A stretch of DNA of 54,289 nt from an uncultured Clostridia bacterium. GTDB taxonomy: Bacteria; Bacillota; Clostridia; TANB77; CAG-508. Below the pieces are notes generated by a model. That model saw nothing but the letters and a program-made list of their open reading frames with translations. It was not told where the DNA came from and ran no database searches. Shown in pieces: positions 42,078 through 53,249 of the stretch (positions are counted from its first letter, which is position 1; every line of letters starts with the position of its first letter). Both the position numbers and the translations under genes were made by a program. Where the stretch lies: contig CANRBH010000005.1 of NCBI GenBank assembly GCA_947628825.1, positions 1 through 54,289 on the forward strand, written 5' to 3'.

Positions 42078-44216
42078 TTATTCTCCTATAATTTTTAAAA
42101 AATCAGATATTAAATTTTTTTCTTTTATATCGTCAATTACGATCAATGTATCTCGTGCTCTTGAACAAGCAACATATATATTTTTCAAAAATCTTATGAA
42201 TTCTGCTTTTATAGCTCTTTTATTATTCTTTAGCTTTTCTAAATCATTAAATTCAAATTCTTCTTCTCTAGATTTTTTTAACATCTTTGTCCCAAAAATT
42301 ATAACTGCTTTAAAGTCCAATCCTATTGACTTTCCTATTGTTCCAACTCTTATACCATCTTTTTTTAAATTCGAATCTCTAAAATTACAAATTTCTATCC
42401 CTTTATTTCTTAACTCTTTTTCTACATAATTTACAATATTGCATCTTTCTCCCCATGGTGATACTAATAGTATTTCATTTGGTGTATATAATTTTTCATT
42501 GAGTATCATCATAATATTGTCAATAATTATTTTAGCTTCTGCTTTATCACTATCAGTCTTGATATATCTAGGCGCTTCATTACCAATGCGAATTGGATTT
42601 CCTATATTAAACTTTAATTCTTCATCATTAATTTTTAGTCCAAATAATTTTATATAAGATTGAATTCTACTTAGCATTCTGTTGAGAGTTTTTACAATTA
42701 TGTCTGTGTTTCTATAATTTCGATCAAATACTATTTTTTGAAAGTTATACTTTCCAATATAAAAATCTGTTGTTTCATTATTGTCTATTATTTCATCATC
42801 ATCTTCTTCTTGTTCTTTTTCATTATTAAACTGTAACTGCTGATAATAATCGCCAGCCATTACCATATATTTATTACGGTCTAAACAAGCTATTAATGAT
42901 TCTATCCACTCTTCATTTAATTGTTGCATCTCATCAATAAAAAAGCCGCCATACTTTTTCTTAATTTTACCATTACGAGTCATTTCCACAAACATTTTTC
43001 TTCTTGTATTAAATGTCTCTGCTGTGGTTTTTCCTCTAAAACTACTATAATTTAATTCTATAAATTTATCAAATGTAATTACTTTTAGATTACTAATCAT
43101 TTTTCCAGTATTACTTGCTTGTATTCTAATATCATCCGCTAATTTATTATTAAAACATATTATTAAAAATTCTTTATCTTGATTTGCTTTTGCAACTTCA
43201 TAAGCTTTTGCTAATAACATAATTGTTTTTCCGCTTCCTGCAACAGCTTTTATATATGTTCTAGTATTCATTCTAGTTAATACTGATTTTTGGTTTCCAT
43301 CTAATTCATATGCATCCAAAGGCTTAAATTCTATATTTGAGCTACGATTTGAAACATCTATACTTTTAGAATTAACATATTGTGGTATTAGCATTTGTTT
43401 TATACCATAATCCTTATTCTCATCTACTACAATTGAATTATTTCGTTTTATTTCTTCTTGTAAAGCTTCTATAAAAATATTATCATCTACTACAAATAAA
43501 TTTTTTCGTCCACTATTCTCAATACCTTTGTTTAGTAAAAGATACTTTTCTTTATCATTATTAGAATTTATAATATAATATTTTTTATATCCTATGTTCA
43601 AATTAATACCATCATTAGTTAACATTGAAGAATTAGAAAGTAGTTTATATGTATCATCTTCAGACAAAAGAGATCTCTTGAACTCATCTAAATATTTTTT
43701 ATTAGAAAAGAAATCATTTTCGCAACATACAAAAGATATAACACCATAATTCTTCATTATTATAAAATTGTTATTACTAAATGATTTTCCAGAATAAGTA
43801 TTAACTAGTGAGTTCATATATACTTCGATATCAAAATCTGCTTTTCTTAATTTTTCTAATAAACTATTTTCTACATTATTTTCACTTGCTACATCATAGA
43901 ATGGCTTAATTATTATTTTATGATTAAAATATTTTTCTAATATATTCAAATGTTTTGGTGCTATTAAAGTGATTCTTTCAGTAAATTTTTCGGAAAGAAC
44001 TCTTTCAAAATCAATTGAAACTGTATCTTCAGGTATCTTAGATAAAGCTACAAATTTATCATTTCTTTCTATAGCTTTCCACCTTGAATGTATCACTTTA
44101 TCTGGATTGGAAATATAAATAATATCATTAATTTGAAATGGAACTTTATCAGCTTTTAATTTTAATCTGGTTTCACCTATCATATTTCTTTTTATTCTAT
44201 AAATATAACTATTCAT
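42078..44216 (-). CDS. SF1 UvrD-like helicase with unrecognised N-terminal region
   Basis: AVAGSGKT, IDEMQ, GDYYQ, RNYRNT, GLDF, YVACSRARD. Confidence 0.8.
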   Translation of the reverse strand: MNSYIYRIKRNMIGETRLKLKADKVPFQINDIIYISNPDKVIHSRWKAIERNDKFVALSKIPEDTVSIDFERVLSEKFTERITLIAPKHLNILEKYFNHKIIIKPFYDVASENNVENSLLEKLRKADFDIEVYMNSLVNTYSGKSFSNNNFIIMKNYGVISFVCCENDFFSNKKYLDEFKRSLLSEDDTYKLLSNSSMLTNDGINLNIGYKKYYIINSNNDKEKYLLLNKGIENSGRKNLFVVDDNIFIEALQEEIKRNNSIVVDENKDYGIKQMLIPQYVNSKSIDVSNRSSNIEFKPLDAYELDGNQKSVLTRMNTRTYIKAVAGSGKTIMLLAKAYEVAKANQDKEFLIICFNNKLADDIRIQASNTGKMISNLKVITFDKFIELNYSSFRGKTTAETFNTRRKMFVEMTRNGKIKKKYGGFFIDEMQQLNEEWIESLIACLDRNKYMVMAGDYYQQLQFNNEKEQEEDDDEIIDNNETTDFYIGKYNFQKIVFDRNYRNTDIIVKTLNRMLSRIQSYIKLFGLKINDEELKFNIGNPIRIGNEAPRYIKTDSDKAEAKIIIDNIMMILNEKLYTPNEILLVSPWGERCNIVNYVEKELRNKGIEICNFRDSNLKKDGIRVGTIGKSIGLDFKAVIIFGTKMLKKSREEEFEFNDLEKLKNNKRAIKAEFIRFLKNIYVACSRARDTLIVIDDIKEKNLISDFLKIIGE

Positions 44217-44231
44217 TTTATTTTTTCCTTA

Positions 44232-47200
44232 CTAATTTACTTCTGTTAATATATCTATTAATGATTCATATGAATCTACTACATCATACTTAACATTGTC
44301 TTTGCATATTGCTTTAAAATGTTTTCTTGCACATTCTATTTTTGCTTTTTCAACTCCTCTTAACTCTGTAGTTTTCATACTTCCTTTGGTTTCAGCTATA
44401 AAATAAACATATTTAAAATCTTTATTGTCTAAAACAATTGCCCAGTCTGGGTTATAATTTCCAACAGGAGTTGGTATTTTAAAACCGCTTGGGAGTTTTG
44501 CATATACAGTTACCTCTCCATTTTCTAAATCTTTTGCAAAGTCTCTTTCTCTATCTGAGTCCGTTATTAAAAAATCATATATATGTTTCTTAACCTTAAA
44601 TGCGTTATCTCCAATTCTTCCATCAATATTATTTATTGTAAATATTTCATTATCATATCTATCACCAGTTTTATTATAAGTAATACCATCAATAATTGTT
44701 GTTGCCTTTTCTTCATTTATGAGATTACTTGCTCTTCTTATAAATTCTTCAGGATTATATTGATACTTAGCAAACACTTTAGGTTCTATTTTAGAAAGTA
44801 TTTCTACTATTGTATGTCTTGTTAATCCGGTATCTTTTGCAATACTTCCTATTAAATCGTATTTTGTAGTTACTGGTACAAAATCATCATATACTTCAGT
44901 TTTAGTACCTGTTGTTTTCATAGCCATCTCATTTTTCAACTGTTCTGCTGTCATGCCTTCATTTTGAGTTCCTTGTGTTATTTTTACCTTCTTTTTTGTT
45001 ATTTTCAAAAGAGTATTTAGTTTTGCAACTGCTTTGTCTATTAGTTCCTGAGAATTAAAATCAACTTCATAAATTGTTTTAATATTTATTTTATTCCATA
45101 AGTCTTGAAATTCTTTTTTATTAAAATTATCATTCGGCTTTAATTCTCTTATGTTTTTCTTTCCAGCATTTTCAATAGGAATTTCTGTATTAGCATATAA
45201 ATTACTTATTAATCTTTTATATTCTTCTTGAACATCTTTAAGGAATTCTGGGACCTCAATACTATGATTTGCAATATCTTCTTTTAATTTTTCTGTAATT
45301 TCCAGATTTTCAGTTATATAATTTAAATTCTTAAAACTCTGATATATTTTCGAAACAGCTATATCATCTAATACTTTGGTTATTCCATTTATATTGGTTA
45401 AATTCTTGCCTTTAAAATCATCAAAAGAAAATGTATCTTTGATATTTCTTGATAAGTTTTCTGCAATTTCTCTTTGTAATGATTTTGCGAAAGAGTCATA
45501 GCTTTCACTTGCAATAACTGTTAGATTATTTATATCAAAGAAATCATCTTCTAATGTGTTATAATCCATTCTATCACCATCATTATTTACACATATACGA
45601 AGTCCTCTACCAATTTCTTGTCTTTTACTAATTTCTGAATTACTTTTCTTTAATGTACATATTTGAAATATATTTGGATTGTCCCATCCTTCTCTTAATG
45701 CAGAATGTGAAAAGATAAATCTAACAGGTTCTTCTAAAGAAAGTAGCCTTTCTTTGTCTTTCATAATTAAATCATAAGCATCTTCATCAGAGCTTGTTCC
45801 CTCTTTTTTGTCATCTATTTTTGAGTCAATATATACTAATTCATCTTCTGTTTGTCCTTTTGAAGCTTTTTTATCTATTGAAAAATATCCACTATGAACT
45901 TTTTTATCTCTTAAGTAATCTAAATATTTTTTATAGTCATCATCTATAAAGTTATAATATTCATTGTAAATATTATTATATTCTTCTTCAAATATTTTTG
46001 CGTATTCTCCGTTATGTGCTATTTTATTTTCATCATAAACTTTATATTTTACAACTTCATCTATAAAGAATAAAGATAATACTTTAATTCCTTTTTTATA
46101 ATACTCTCTTTCTTTTTCAAAATGAGATTTTATAGTTTCCCTAATCTGAATTCTCGGCATATAATCTTCTTCTGAATTTCCTATAACTTGTCCTGTAATA
46201 AGTTCTTTTCCGTTGGTAAATGTAACTTTATCATATTGTGGATTTGTAGCATCTATATTTTCTACTACATATCCTCTGTATTGTTCTAACTCGCCTGATA
46301 AATCAAATAATCTAGCGTTCTTTTTTATTATTTTTCTTACCTTTTTTGTCCCTGTCGATGATTTTACTTCCATTTCTATTCTTGCAACAGGTTCGGATTC
46401 ACTTATTTTTACTCCTTCTAGATATAAATACGCACTCTCTGATTTGTCGTTTAATATTTCTATTCCTTTTACATTTATCTTTTTTACAAGTTTTTGATTA
46501 TAGGCATCTACTGCATCTAGCCTATATATCATATTGTATTTAAAGTTTTCTTTATGAGTAGCAGAATATCTTAATATAAATAACGGATTAAAAACTTTTA
46601 ATTTACTTTCCGCATTGCCCATTTTTTGTGGCTCATCTACTATCAAAATAGGATTTGTTGAACTTATAACATCGATAGGTCTTCTTGATTGTAACTGATC
46701 TAATGGTTCATATATTAGCCTTTTGGCAATTGATTTTGCATTAGGATCAAAATTAAATGCTTGATAATTTATAATCATCGCTTGAATACGGCTATCCTCT
46801 GCAAAATTTTTTATATTAGAAATATTAGATGAATCATTTGAATTATATACAAAATAACTTATTTTCTTTCCATAACTTTCTTGAAAATGGTCTTCTGTTA
46901 TTTGAAAAGATTTTAATACGCCTTCTCTAATTGCAATACTTGGAGTCATAACAATAAATTTACTCCAACCATAGGCCTTATTAAGTTCATACATCGTTTT
47001 TATATAAGTATACGTCTTTCCCGTCCCAGTTTCCATTTCAATAGAATAATTCGTTGTCCCCGCATCATCTGTATAATCTAAATTATTTTGTTTTTGAACC
47101 TTTTGTATATTTTCTCTAATTTCACTAGTAGTCAATTCTAGCTTTTTATTTCCAAATGATATAATATCTTCGATTTCAGATTCTTGCCAGTTAGTAATAT

Positions 47201-47333
47201 CTCTTGCTTTTTTTCTTCTTCCTATCAAATCTCTTCTTAATCCTTTAGTTTGCCCTTCAAAACATTTTACAACTGCTTGAGCAGCATCTTCTTGATATTG
47301 TTGTTTTTTGAATTTTAATTTCATTGATTTCAA
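44232..47333 (-). CDS. type III restriction endonuclease Res
   Basis: METGTGKTYTY, DEPQ, RYSATH, SALREGWDNPN, QEIGRGLR, YNPDWA..AETKG. Confidence 0.93.
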   Translation of the reverse strand: MKSMKLKFKKQQYQEDAAQAVVKCFEGQTKGLRRDLIGRRKKARDITNWQESEIEDIISFGNKKLELTTSEIRENIQKVQKQNNLDYTDDAGTTNYSIEMETGTGKTYTYIKTMYELNKAYGWSKFIVMTPSIAIREGVLKSFQITEDHFQESYGKKISYFVYNSNDSSNISNIKNFAEDSRIQAMIINYQAFNFDPNAKSIAKRLIYEPLDQLQSRRPIDVISSTNPILIVDEPQKMGNAESKLKVFNPLFILRYSATHKENFKYNMIYRLDAVDAYNQKLVKKINVKGIEILNDKSESAYLYLEGVKISESEPVARIEMEVKSSTGTKKVRKIIKKNARLFDLSGELEQYRGYVVENIDATNPQYDKVTFTNGKELITGQVIGNSEEDYMPRIQIRETIKSHFEKEREYYKKGIKVLSLFFIDEVVKYKVYDENKIAHNGEYAKIFEEEYNNIYNEYYNFIDDDYKKYLDYLRDKKVHSGYFSIDKKASKGQTEDELVYIDSKIDDKKEGTSSDEDAYDLIMKDKERLLSLEEPVRFIFSHSALREGWDNPNIFQICTLKKSNSEISKRQEIGRGLRICVNNDGDRMDYNTLEDDFFDINNLTVIASESYDSFAKSLQREIAENLSRNIKDTFSFDDFKGKNLTNINGITKVLDDIAVSKIYQSFKNLNYITENLEITEKLKEDIANHSIEVPEFLKDVQEEYKRLISNLYANTEIPIENAGKKNIRELKPNDNFNKKEFQDLWNKINIKTIYEVDFNSQELIDKAVAKLNTLLKITKKKVKITQGTQNEGMTAEQLKNEMAMKTTGTKTEVYDDFVPVTTKYDLIGSIAKDTGLTRHTIVEILSKIEPKVFAKYQYNPEEFIRRASNLINEEKATTIIDGITYNKTGDRYDNEIFTINNIDGRIGDNAFKVKKHIYDFLITDSDRERDFAKDLENGEVTVYAKLPSGFKIPTPVGNYNPDWAIVLDNKDFKYVYFIAETKGSMKTTELRGVEKAKIECARKHFKAICKDNVKYDVVDSYESLIDILTEVN

Positions 47334-47336
47334 CTC

Positions 47337-49325
47337 CTATATTACATGAATTTCAGTCTCTGGAGATAGTTTTTTAATTTTCTCATAAGCATTTATTTTT
47401 TCGCTATCATTTCTAAATGAACTTTCTCTAAATACAACTCTTAAAGGTTTTTCCTCACATATTTCATTCAAAATATTAATATTTATTTTATTATCAAAAC
47501 AAGCAACTAAACTATTTTCTGCTACAAAATAAACTTTATTATTTAATATATACTTTTCTTCAATACTTAAATCTAAATTAAGTCCCAAATTTAATATTAC
47601 TTGAGTTAATAAGTCTTCGGGAGTTCTATCCTCTTTTATATTAGTTTCAAACATATTAAGTTGTTCTTGTTTTAATTTAGATGGCTCATAATATACATCC
47701 TTCATATTTGAAGAATCTATTTTATAAACTCTAAAGCCATTTAGAGAAGATAAATTAAATTCTTTTTTTATTCTATTAAATGATAATCTAATTCGCTCTT
47801 TTGTAATTTCTGAAATGTTAGTAGGAAGACCTTTAGATTTTAAATATTTAATTGCGGCTTCAGTTATTTTCTTTTCTTTATTTGTTTGTGAATCCTTAGG
47901 ATCTAACGGTTGTGCAACTTGCACTAAAATATATTTTCTGTTACCATTATCTTGTGCATTTAATTCCATGACTGCTTCGGCTGTTGAACCAGAACCTGCA
48001 AAAAAATCTAAAATAATCATATCTTTGTCATTGCAATTTGCAATTAGTGTTTTTAACAATTCCCTTGGCTTTGGATTTGAAAAAGGTGTTATATCCATAT
48101 TAAATAGATTTTTTAAGTAATCAGTATCTTTTCTAGTTTGCATTTTAAAATATGCTTTCAATACATCTAACCTATCATCTGTTATATATGTTTTTTTATT
48201 AGGTAAAATATCATCATTATCTGGAAATAAAATTAAATCTTCTTTAATCCACTGATTCCAAGTTTCTATACTACATCTCCAACCACTTTTAGGGGTCAGA
48301 CAAGGCTTCATAGTTTTAGGATTCATTCTAATATCTTTTGAACCACCTCTTTGTGGATCATCAATTGGACCTATTCTATAAATGCCTTTCTTATCAGCAT
48401 ATCTATAATTTGAAATATTGTCATCATTTAGTTGGTTATCTAAATAAAATTTTTTTAAATTTTCTTGAATTAAAGAATAATTGTCTTTTCCTTCATCAAG
48501 AATTTGTTGAAGTTTTGAATATAATGGATTCTTTATTCCATATCCGGCTAATTTTGATTTATCAAAATTTTTAACATATACTAAGCAATACTCATGTGCT
48601 GTTGAAACTATATAAGGATCATTTTTAGGTGTACCATCAATTACCATTTGAGCAATAAAATTCGTTTCTCCAAAAATTTCATCACATATTTTTCTTAAAT
48701 TATCAACTTCATTATCATCAATAGAAATGAATATAATTCCATCTTCAGTTAGTAAATTTCTGGCAAGCTTTATTCTTGGATAAATCATTGATAGCCAATT
48801 GCTATGATATCTACCGCATGATTGTTGATTACTTACTAATTTATTTCCATTGTCATCTATTTGACCTGAACTTTCTAGTTCAATTTTTTCTGATGTAAAA
48901 TATTTGTCATGAAAAATAAAATCTTTTCCTGTATTGTATGGTGGATCAATATATATCATTTTTATTTCATTTACATATGATTGTTGCAAAATTTTCAATG
49001 CATCTAAATTTTCTCCTTCAATAAAAATGTTTTTTGACGTATCAAAATTAATAGATTCCTTTATAATTGGTCTTAATGTATTTCGAGATTGCGTATTAGC
49101 AGTTAGTAATGCTTTTTTCTTACCTGGCCATGTTAACTGATACCTTTCTTTATTTCCCTCTACAATATCATTTGATAATTCTTGTTTTAATAATTCATAA
49201 TTAATCTTTTTTCCATTCTCCGTTTCTGTTATTACATTAGGAAATAATTTTCCAACATTGTTAATGTTTTCTGCGATTATATCTTTAGATTTCATATCTA
49301 ATTTATTTATTTTGTTATTCTCCAT
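47337..49325 (-). CDS. type III R-M methyltransferase Mod
   Basis: IYIDPPYNTG, HSNWLSMIYPR, LDFFAGSGST. Confidence 0.93.
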   Translation of the reverse strand: MENNKINKLDMKSKDIIAENINNVGKLFPNVITETENGKKINYELLKQELSNDIVEGNKERYQLTWPGKKKALLTANTQSRNTLRPIIKESINFDTSKNIFIEGENLDALKILQQSYVNEIKMIYIDPPYNTGKDFIFHDKYFTSEKIELESSGQIDDNGNKLVSNQQSCGRYHSNWLSMIYPRIKLARNLLTEDGIIFISIDDNEVDNLRKICDEIFGETNFIAQMVIDGTPKNDPYIVSTAHEYCLVYVKNFDKSKLAGYGIKNPLYSKLQQILDEGKDNYSLIQENLKKFYLDNQLNDDNISNYRYADKKGIYRIGPIDDPQRGGSKDIRMNPKTMKPCLTPKSGWRCSIETWNQWIKEDLILFPDNDDILPNKKTYITDDRLDVLKAYFKMQTRKDTDYLKNLFNMDITPFSNPKPRELLKTLIANCNDKDMIILDFFAGSGSTAEAVMELNAQDNGNRKYILVQVAQPLDPKDSQTNKEKKITEAAIKYLKSKGLPTNISEITKERIRLSFNRIKKEFNLSSLNGFRVYKIDSSNMKDVYYEPSKLKQEQLNMFETNIKEDRTPEDLLTQVILNLGLNLDLSIEEKYILNNKVYFVAENSLVACFDNKININILNEICEEKPLRVVFRESSFRNDSEKINAYEKIKKLSPETEIHVI

Positions 49326-49929
49326 TATTTTTCAACTCCTCAATTTCTTTTCTTTTTTTTATTATCTCTTCATTATATTGTACTTTTATATTGAATTGCT
49401 TTTCTGAACGGATTTTACCTTCTAATCTTTTTATTTCACTTTCTAGCTTATGTATTTCATTTTGTTTTTGAATTTCATTATCTAAATCTTTTATTGATTG
49501 ATCTATATTGGTTATTGTTTTTACAATGTTGATATATATTATTTCCATATTTAAAGCATTAAAGTTAAAAGATATTTCATTATTCCAATCACTAAAATAT
49601 ATTTCTTCGTTATATTTTATTGCATACTGAAATTCATTTTCATATTTAATGAAAAATAGTATAGGATATGGAATATTCTTTGTTATTATTTTTATTATGT
49701 TTTTGCAATTATATTTTTCTTTTAATTCCAACTCAAATGTTTCAATCTCTTCTACATCTTCAGTCTTTTGAATATTTATAGTATCTTCTGAAATTTTATA
49801 TTTCCAATATATTTTACTTAATCTATTAATAAATTCCTCTTTAATTGAATTTGATATATTCACTTTTTCATAAAATACTTTTTTGGGTATAAATTTATCA
49901 ACTATACATGATTTAGGTAAATCTATCAT
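49315..49929 (-). CDS. DUF4391-like protein associated with type III R-M
   Basis: LP..C.V.K.IPK..FY..EEIE..IPY..EKQFN; typical position between SNF2 and Mod. Confidence 0.75.
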   Translation of the reverse strand: MIDLPKSCIVDKFIPKKVFYEKVNISNSIKEEFINRLSKIYWKYKISEDTINIQKTEDVEEIETFELELKEKYNCKNIIKIITKNIPYPILFFIKYENEFQYAIKYNEEIYFSDWNNEISFNFNALNMEIIYINIVKTITNIDQSIKDLDNEIQKQNEIHKLESEIKRLEGKIRSEKQFNIKVQYNEEIIKKRKEIEELKNNGE

Positions 49930-52900
49930 TATACGATTACTACAAATGCTATAAGTTCAAAATCTTCTAATCCTTTAATATCATTTTGTAGCACTGTAGT
50001 TCCTCCTTTTCTAAACAAACTATCAATATCACTTTCTTCTTTTACACTTATTATTGATTCAATACTTTCATTAAGCAGTTTTGAATATTTCTCCATATTG
50101 TTTCCATCATCAGTTATCTCGTTAAAATATTCATAAGCGTCTTTTATTGGTTCTTTATTTCCTTTACAAACATATCTTAATAAATCCAATGTATTCTTTA
50201 CATTCAAATGATTTGATACTACTTGTCCATTTTCATTTATATATACAATATAAAATGGATGTAACTGATTTGTATTTTCTATGTTTACTTTTGAATTTAT
50301 ATTTTTTAATATAAATATTACTCCTTTTGATATTCCTTTTTCTTCATCTGCTTTTACAACAGAATGAAGTCCATTAGCAACATAATCAAGATTTCCATTT
50401 TTATTTATATATTCTAGTAAATCCATTCTAAAATCATTTAGTCCCAAATCAGTAATTGAAATTCCTGTATTCATATCTTCCAAATCAACAACTTCTTCTT
50501 TTAATTTTTGTAATTGAGATTTTCTATATTCCATATCTGCCCCTTGATTTGTAAGTACATTATCATCTCCTGTTGCTGAAATATCTAACATGTACATTCT
50601 ATTTTCTACTCTATTTTTTAGATTGATATAGTCGTCAAGATTCATATTAGGCCAAAAATTTACCAATTGAATAGCTTTATTATTAGAGCCAATTCTATCA
50701 ATTCTGCCAAATCTTTGAATTATTCTAACTGGATTCCAATGTATATCATAATTTATTAAATAATCGCAATCTTGTAAGTTTTGTCCTTCTGAAATACAAT
50801 CTGTTGCAATAAGAATATCTATATTATCGTTTGCATTTTCTCCTAATACTGTATTTCTATGTTTTGATATTGGAGAAAAATTAACTAAAAGATTATTAAA
50901 ATCTTTATTTATATTAAGTGTGCATTTGTTACTTCCTGAACCGGTTACCAAAGCAGTATTAAGTCCGTATTCCATTTTAATAACTTTGCTAACATTCTCA
51001 TAAATATAATCAGCAGTGTCTGCAAATGCACTGAATATAACTATTTTTTTATTATCACTATTGATAGGATTTTCAATTTTGTTTCTAATTGTATTTACAA
51101 GTTCCTTAAGTTTTAAATCATTATTAGGTTGTATCCTCTCAAATTCACTTAATAATTCATTAAGAATAGCTTGATCTGCTTTTAAATCTTCTTTCCATCC
51201 AATTGTATTCATATCTTTTAAATTTATTTTTACTTTATCACCAATTGAATGCTGCTCTTCAAGTTCATTTTCTATCTCTTCATCATCTTCTTCATAAAAA
51301 ACATCATCATCATCATTCAATATATTATTTCCGCTTTTTTCAAAGTATTCTATTGATTCAATTCTACTATTTATTAGTTTTAAAATTTTATTTAATGTAA
51401 TCCTAAATGAATCTACAGAACTTTCCAATCGTTTTAGTAAATTAACTCTCATTAATATTTGCAAACTTTTTTCACGATCACTCTGTTTTAATGTAGCTTG
51501 TCCTCCTTTAACAGAGGTATCATAAATTTTCTCATATTTAGCCAAACATCCAGGTAAAATATAATCAAAAGGAGTATAAGCGCACATATTTAATTTAGAC
51601 AGCATACTATAAATAGTTTCTATTGAATAAAAATTATCTAGATTAGTTAATTCTGCTGTTAAATTAATTGGTTTTAATCTAGTAGGAAATTTACCAATTT
51701 TATTTATGTCATAGAATTTCTCTATATGTTTCCTACTTCTGGCAATCGTTACACTATCAAGCAATTTGAAGAAATCAAAATCTTTATTTAATTCTTGTAA
51801 CAGATTATTTGGCGTTCTTTCTTCTACTGGAAGTTTTGACCATTTATTAAATACTGCTTGGGCATTTCTTAAAATTGTGTCTATAGATTTAGTATTACTA
51901 ATTTTATTATCAACTATATCTGTTTTTCCCTCATAAGCTAAAGCTAACTGATTTTTTAAATCTAAAAATTTATTATTTACAGGTGTAGCAGATAACATCA
52001 GCACCTTAGTTTTTGTTCCTTTTTTTATAACATCATTCAATAGTCTAGTATAACGTGTTTCTCTATCATTACGTGCACTATTATTTCTAAAATTATGAGA
52101 TTCGTCTATTACAACTAAATCATAATTTTCCCAGTATACTCTACTTAAATCTTTACCATTAGATATTCCGGATTTTCTTGATAAATCTGTATGAAACAAG
52201 ACATCATAACTAAAGCGATCCTCCTTTAATATATTATCTTTATAATTACTATTATATGTATTCCAGTTCTCTGCTAGTTTTTTAGGACATAAAACGAGAA
52301 CACTTTTATTTCTATTTTGATAATATTTTATAACTGCTAAAGCTGTATATGTTTTGCCTAATCCTACACTATCTGCTAAAATGCATCCATTATATTTTTC
52401 TAATTTATTTATAATTCCTAATACAGCATCCTTTTGAAAATCATATAGAGTATTCCATATTATAGATTTTTTAAAACCAACTTTTTCATTCGCTAAATTA
52501 TCTTCTGATATATCTATTAAAAACTCATTAAAAATATTATATAAAATGACATAATAGATAAATTCTGGTGAGTTTTCTATATATAAATTTGATATATAAT
52601 CAACGACTTCATCTGTTACATCAGCTAATAGTTCTTTATTATTCCATATTTCATTAAATGAATTTAAATAACTTTTGGTAATGTCATAATCATTGTCTAT
52701 TTTTGTGATTGGATTAAAAATTGTATTATCTTTTTGATAACCTAATCCTACTGATGAAAATTCATCTACATTTAAGTATGTAATTTTATTATTTATATTC
52801 ATAAATTTTTGAATTGGATTATCATTTATATTACTTTTAAATTTTGCTTTTTCTTTAATCCAATTAGCACATTCTCTAGCTATTGCTTTTCCATTTAATT

Positions 52901-53183
52901 TATTTTTTAATTTTATTTCAAACTCAGAACCAACGATGCTTTTTTCTCTTTTTAAAGAATCAATTTTAAACAATCTTTCTTGCTTTTCTTCTTTTTCTTT
53001 TTTTATAAAAGTGGGATTTGTAAATATAAAATTAAATTCTTCTATTTTACTTAATTGTTGCTTTAATTCTTCATAACTATACATAGAAAAAACTGCTGAT
53101 GCTATATAACATTTATCTTTTGGTTTTATTTCTTCTTTTAAGTCATCTCCAAATTTTTCAATTTTATTATTAATTACCCTCAT
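49929..53183 (-). CDS. SNF2-family helicase with N-terminal PLD-like region
   Basis: LADSVGLGKT, IDESHNFRN, LSATPVNN, SEGQNLQD, QRFGRIDRIGS. Confidence 0.88.
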   Translation of the reverse strand: MRVINNKIEKFGDDLKEEIKPKDKCYIASAVFSMYSYEELKQQLSKIEEFNFIFTNPTFIKKEKEEKQERLFKIDSLKREKSIVGSEFEIKLKNKLNGKAIARECANWIKEKAKFKSNINDNPIQKFMNINNKITYLNVDEFSSVGLGYQKDNTIFNPITKIDNDYDITKSYLNSFNEIWNNKELLADVTDEVVDYISNLYIENSPEFIYYVILYNIFNEFLIDISEDNLANEKVGFKKSIIWNTLYDFQKDAVLGIINKLEKYNGCILADSVGLGKTYTALAVIKYYQNRNKSVLVLCPKKLAENWNTYNSNYKDNILKEDRFSYDVLFHTDLSRKSGISNGKDLSRVYWENYDLVVIDESHNFRNNSARNDRETRYTRLLNDVIKKGTKTKVLMLSATPVNNKFLDLKNQLALAYEGKTDIVDNKISNTKSIDTILRNAQAVFNKWSKLPVEERTPNNLLQELNKDFDFFKLLDSVTIARSRKHIEKFYDINKIGKFPTRLKPINLTAELTNLDNFYSIETIYSMLSKLNMCAYTPFDYILPGCLAKYEKIYDTSVKGGQATLKQSDREKSLQILMRVNLLKRLESSVDSFRITLNKILKLINSRIESIEYFEKSGNNILNDDDDVFYEEDDEEIENELEEQHSIGDKVKINLKDMNTIGWKEDLKADQAILNELLSEFERIQPNNDLKLKELVNTIRNKIENPINSDNKKIVIFSAFADTADYIYENVSKVIKMEYGLNTALVTGSGSNKCTLNINKDFNNLLVNFSPISKHRNTVLGENANDNIDILIATDCISEGQNLQDCDYLINYDIHWNPVRIIQRFGRIDRIGSNNKAIQLVNFWPNMNLDDYINLKNRVENRMYMLDISATGDDNVLTNQGADMEYRKSQLQKLKEEVVDLEDMNTGISITDLGLNDFRMDLLEYINKNGNLDYVANGLHSVVKADEEKGISKGVIFILKNINSKVNIENTNQLHPFYIVYINENGQVVSNHLNVKNTLDLLRYVCKGNKEPIKDAYEYFNEITDDGNNMEKYSKLLNESIESIISVKEESDIDSLFRKGGTTVLQNDIKGLEDFELIAFVVIV

Positions 53184-53220
53184 TACTATCCTCTAATTAA
53201 AATATAATTATTTTGTATTA

Positions 53221-53249
53221 TTTATATCACAAGTTTTATTTTTTCTCAA
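53221..53249 (-). promoter_or_regulatory. sigma-A-like promoter of the defence operon
   Basis: TTGAGA-17 bp-TATAAA with extended TG. Confidence 0.55.

Noticed and set aside
47337-49325. Phase-variable simple repeat in mod
   Set aside because: No SSR tract seen; ORF intact.
2568-51400. Many short ORFs antisense to long genes in the ORF track
   Set aside because: Shadow frames of well-supported genes; no SD or family motifs.
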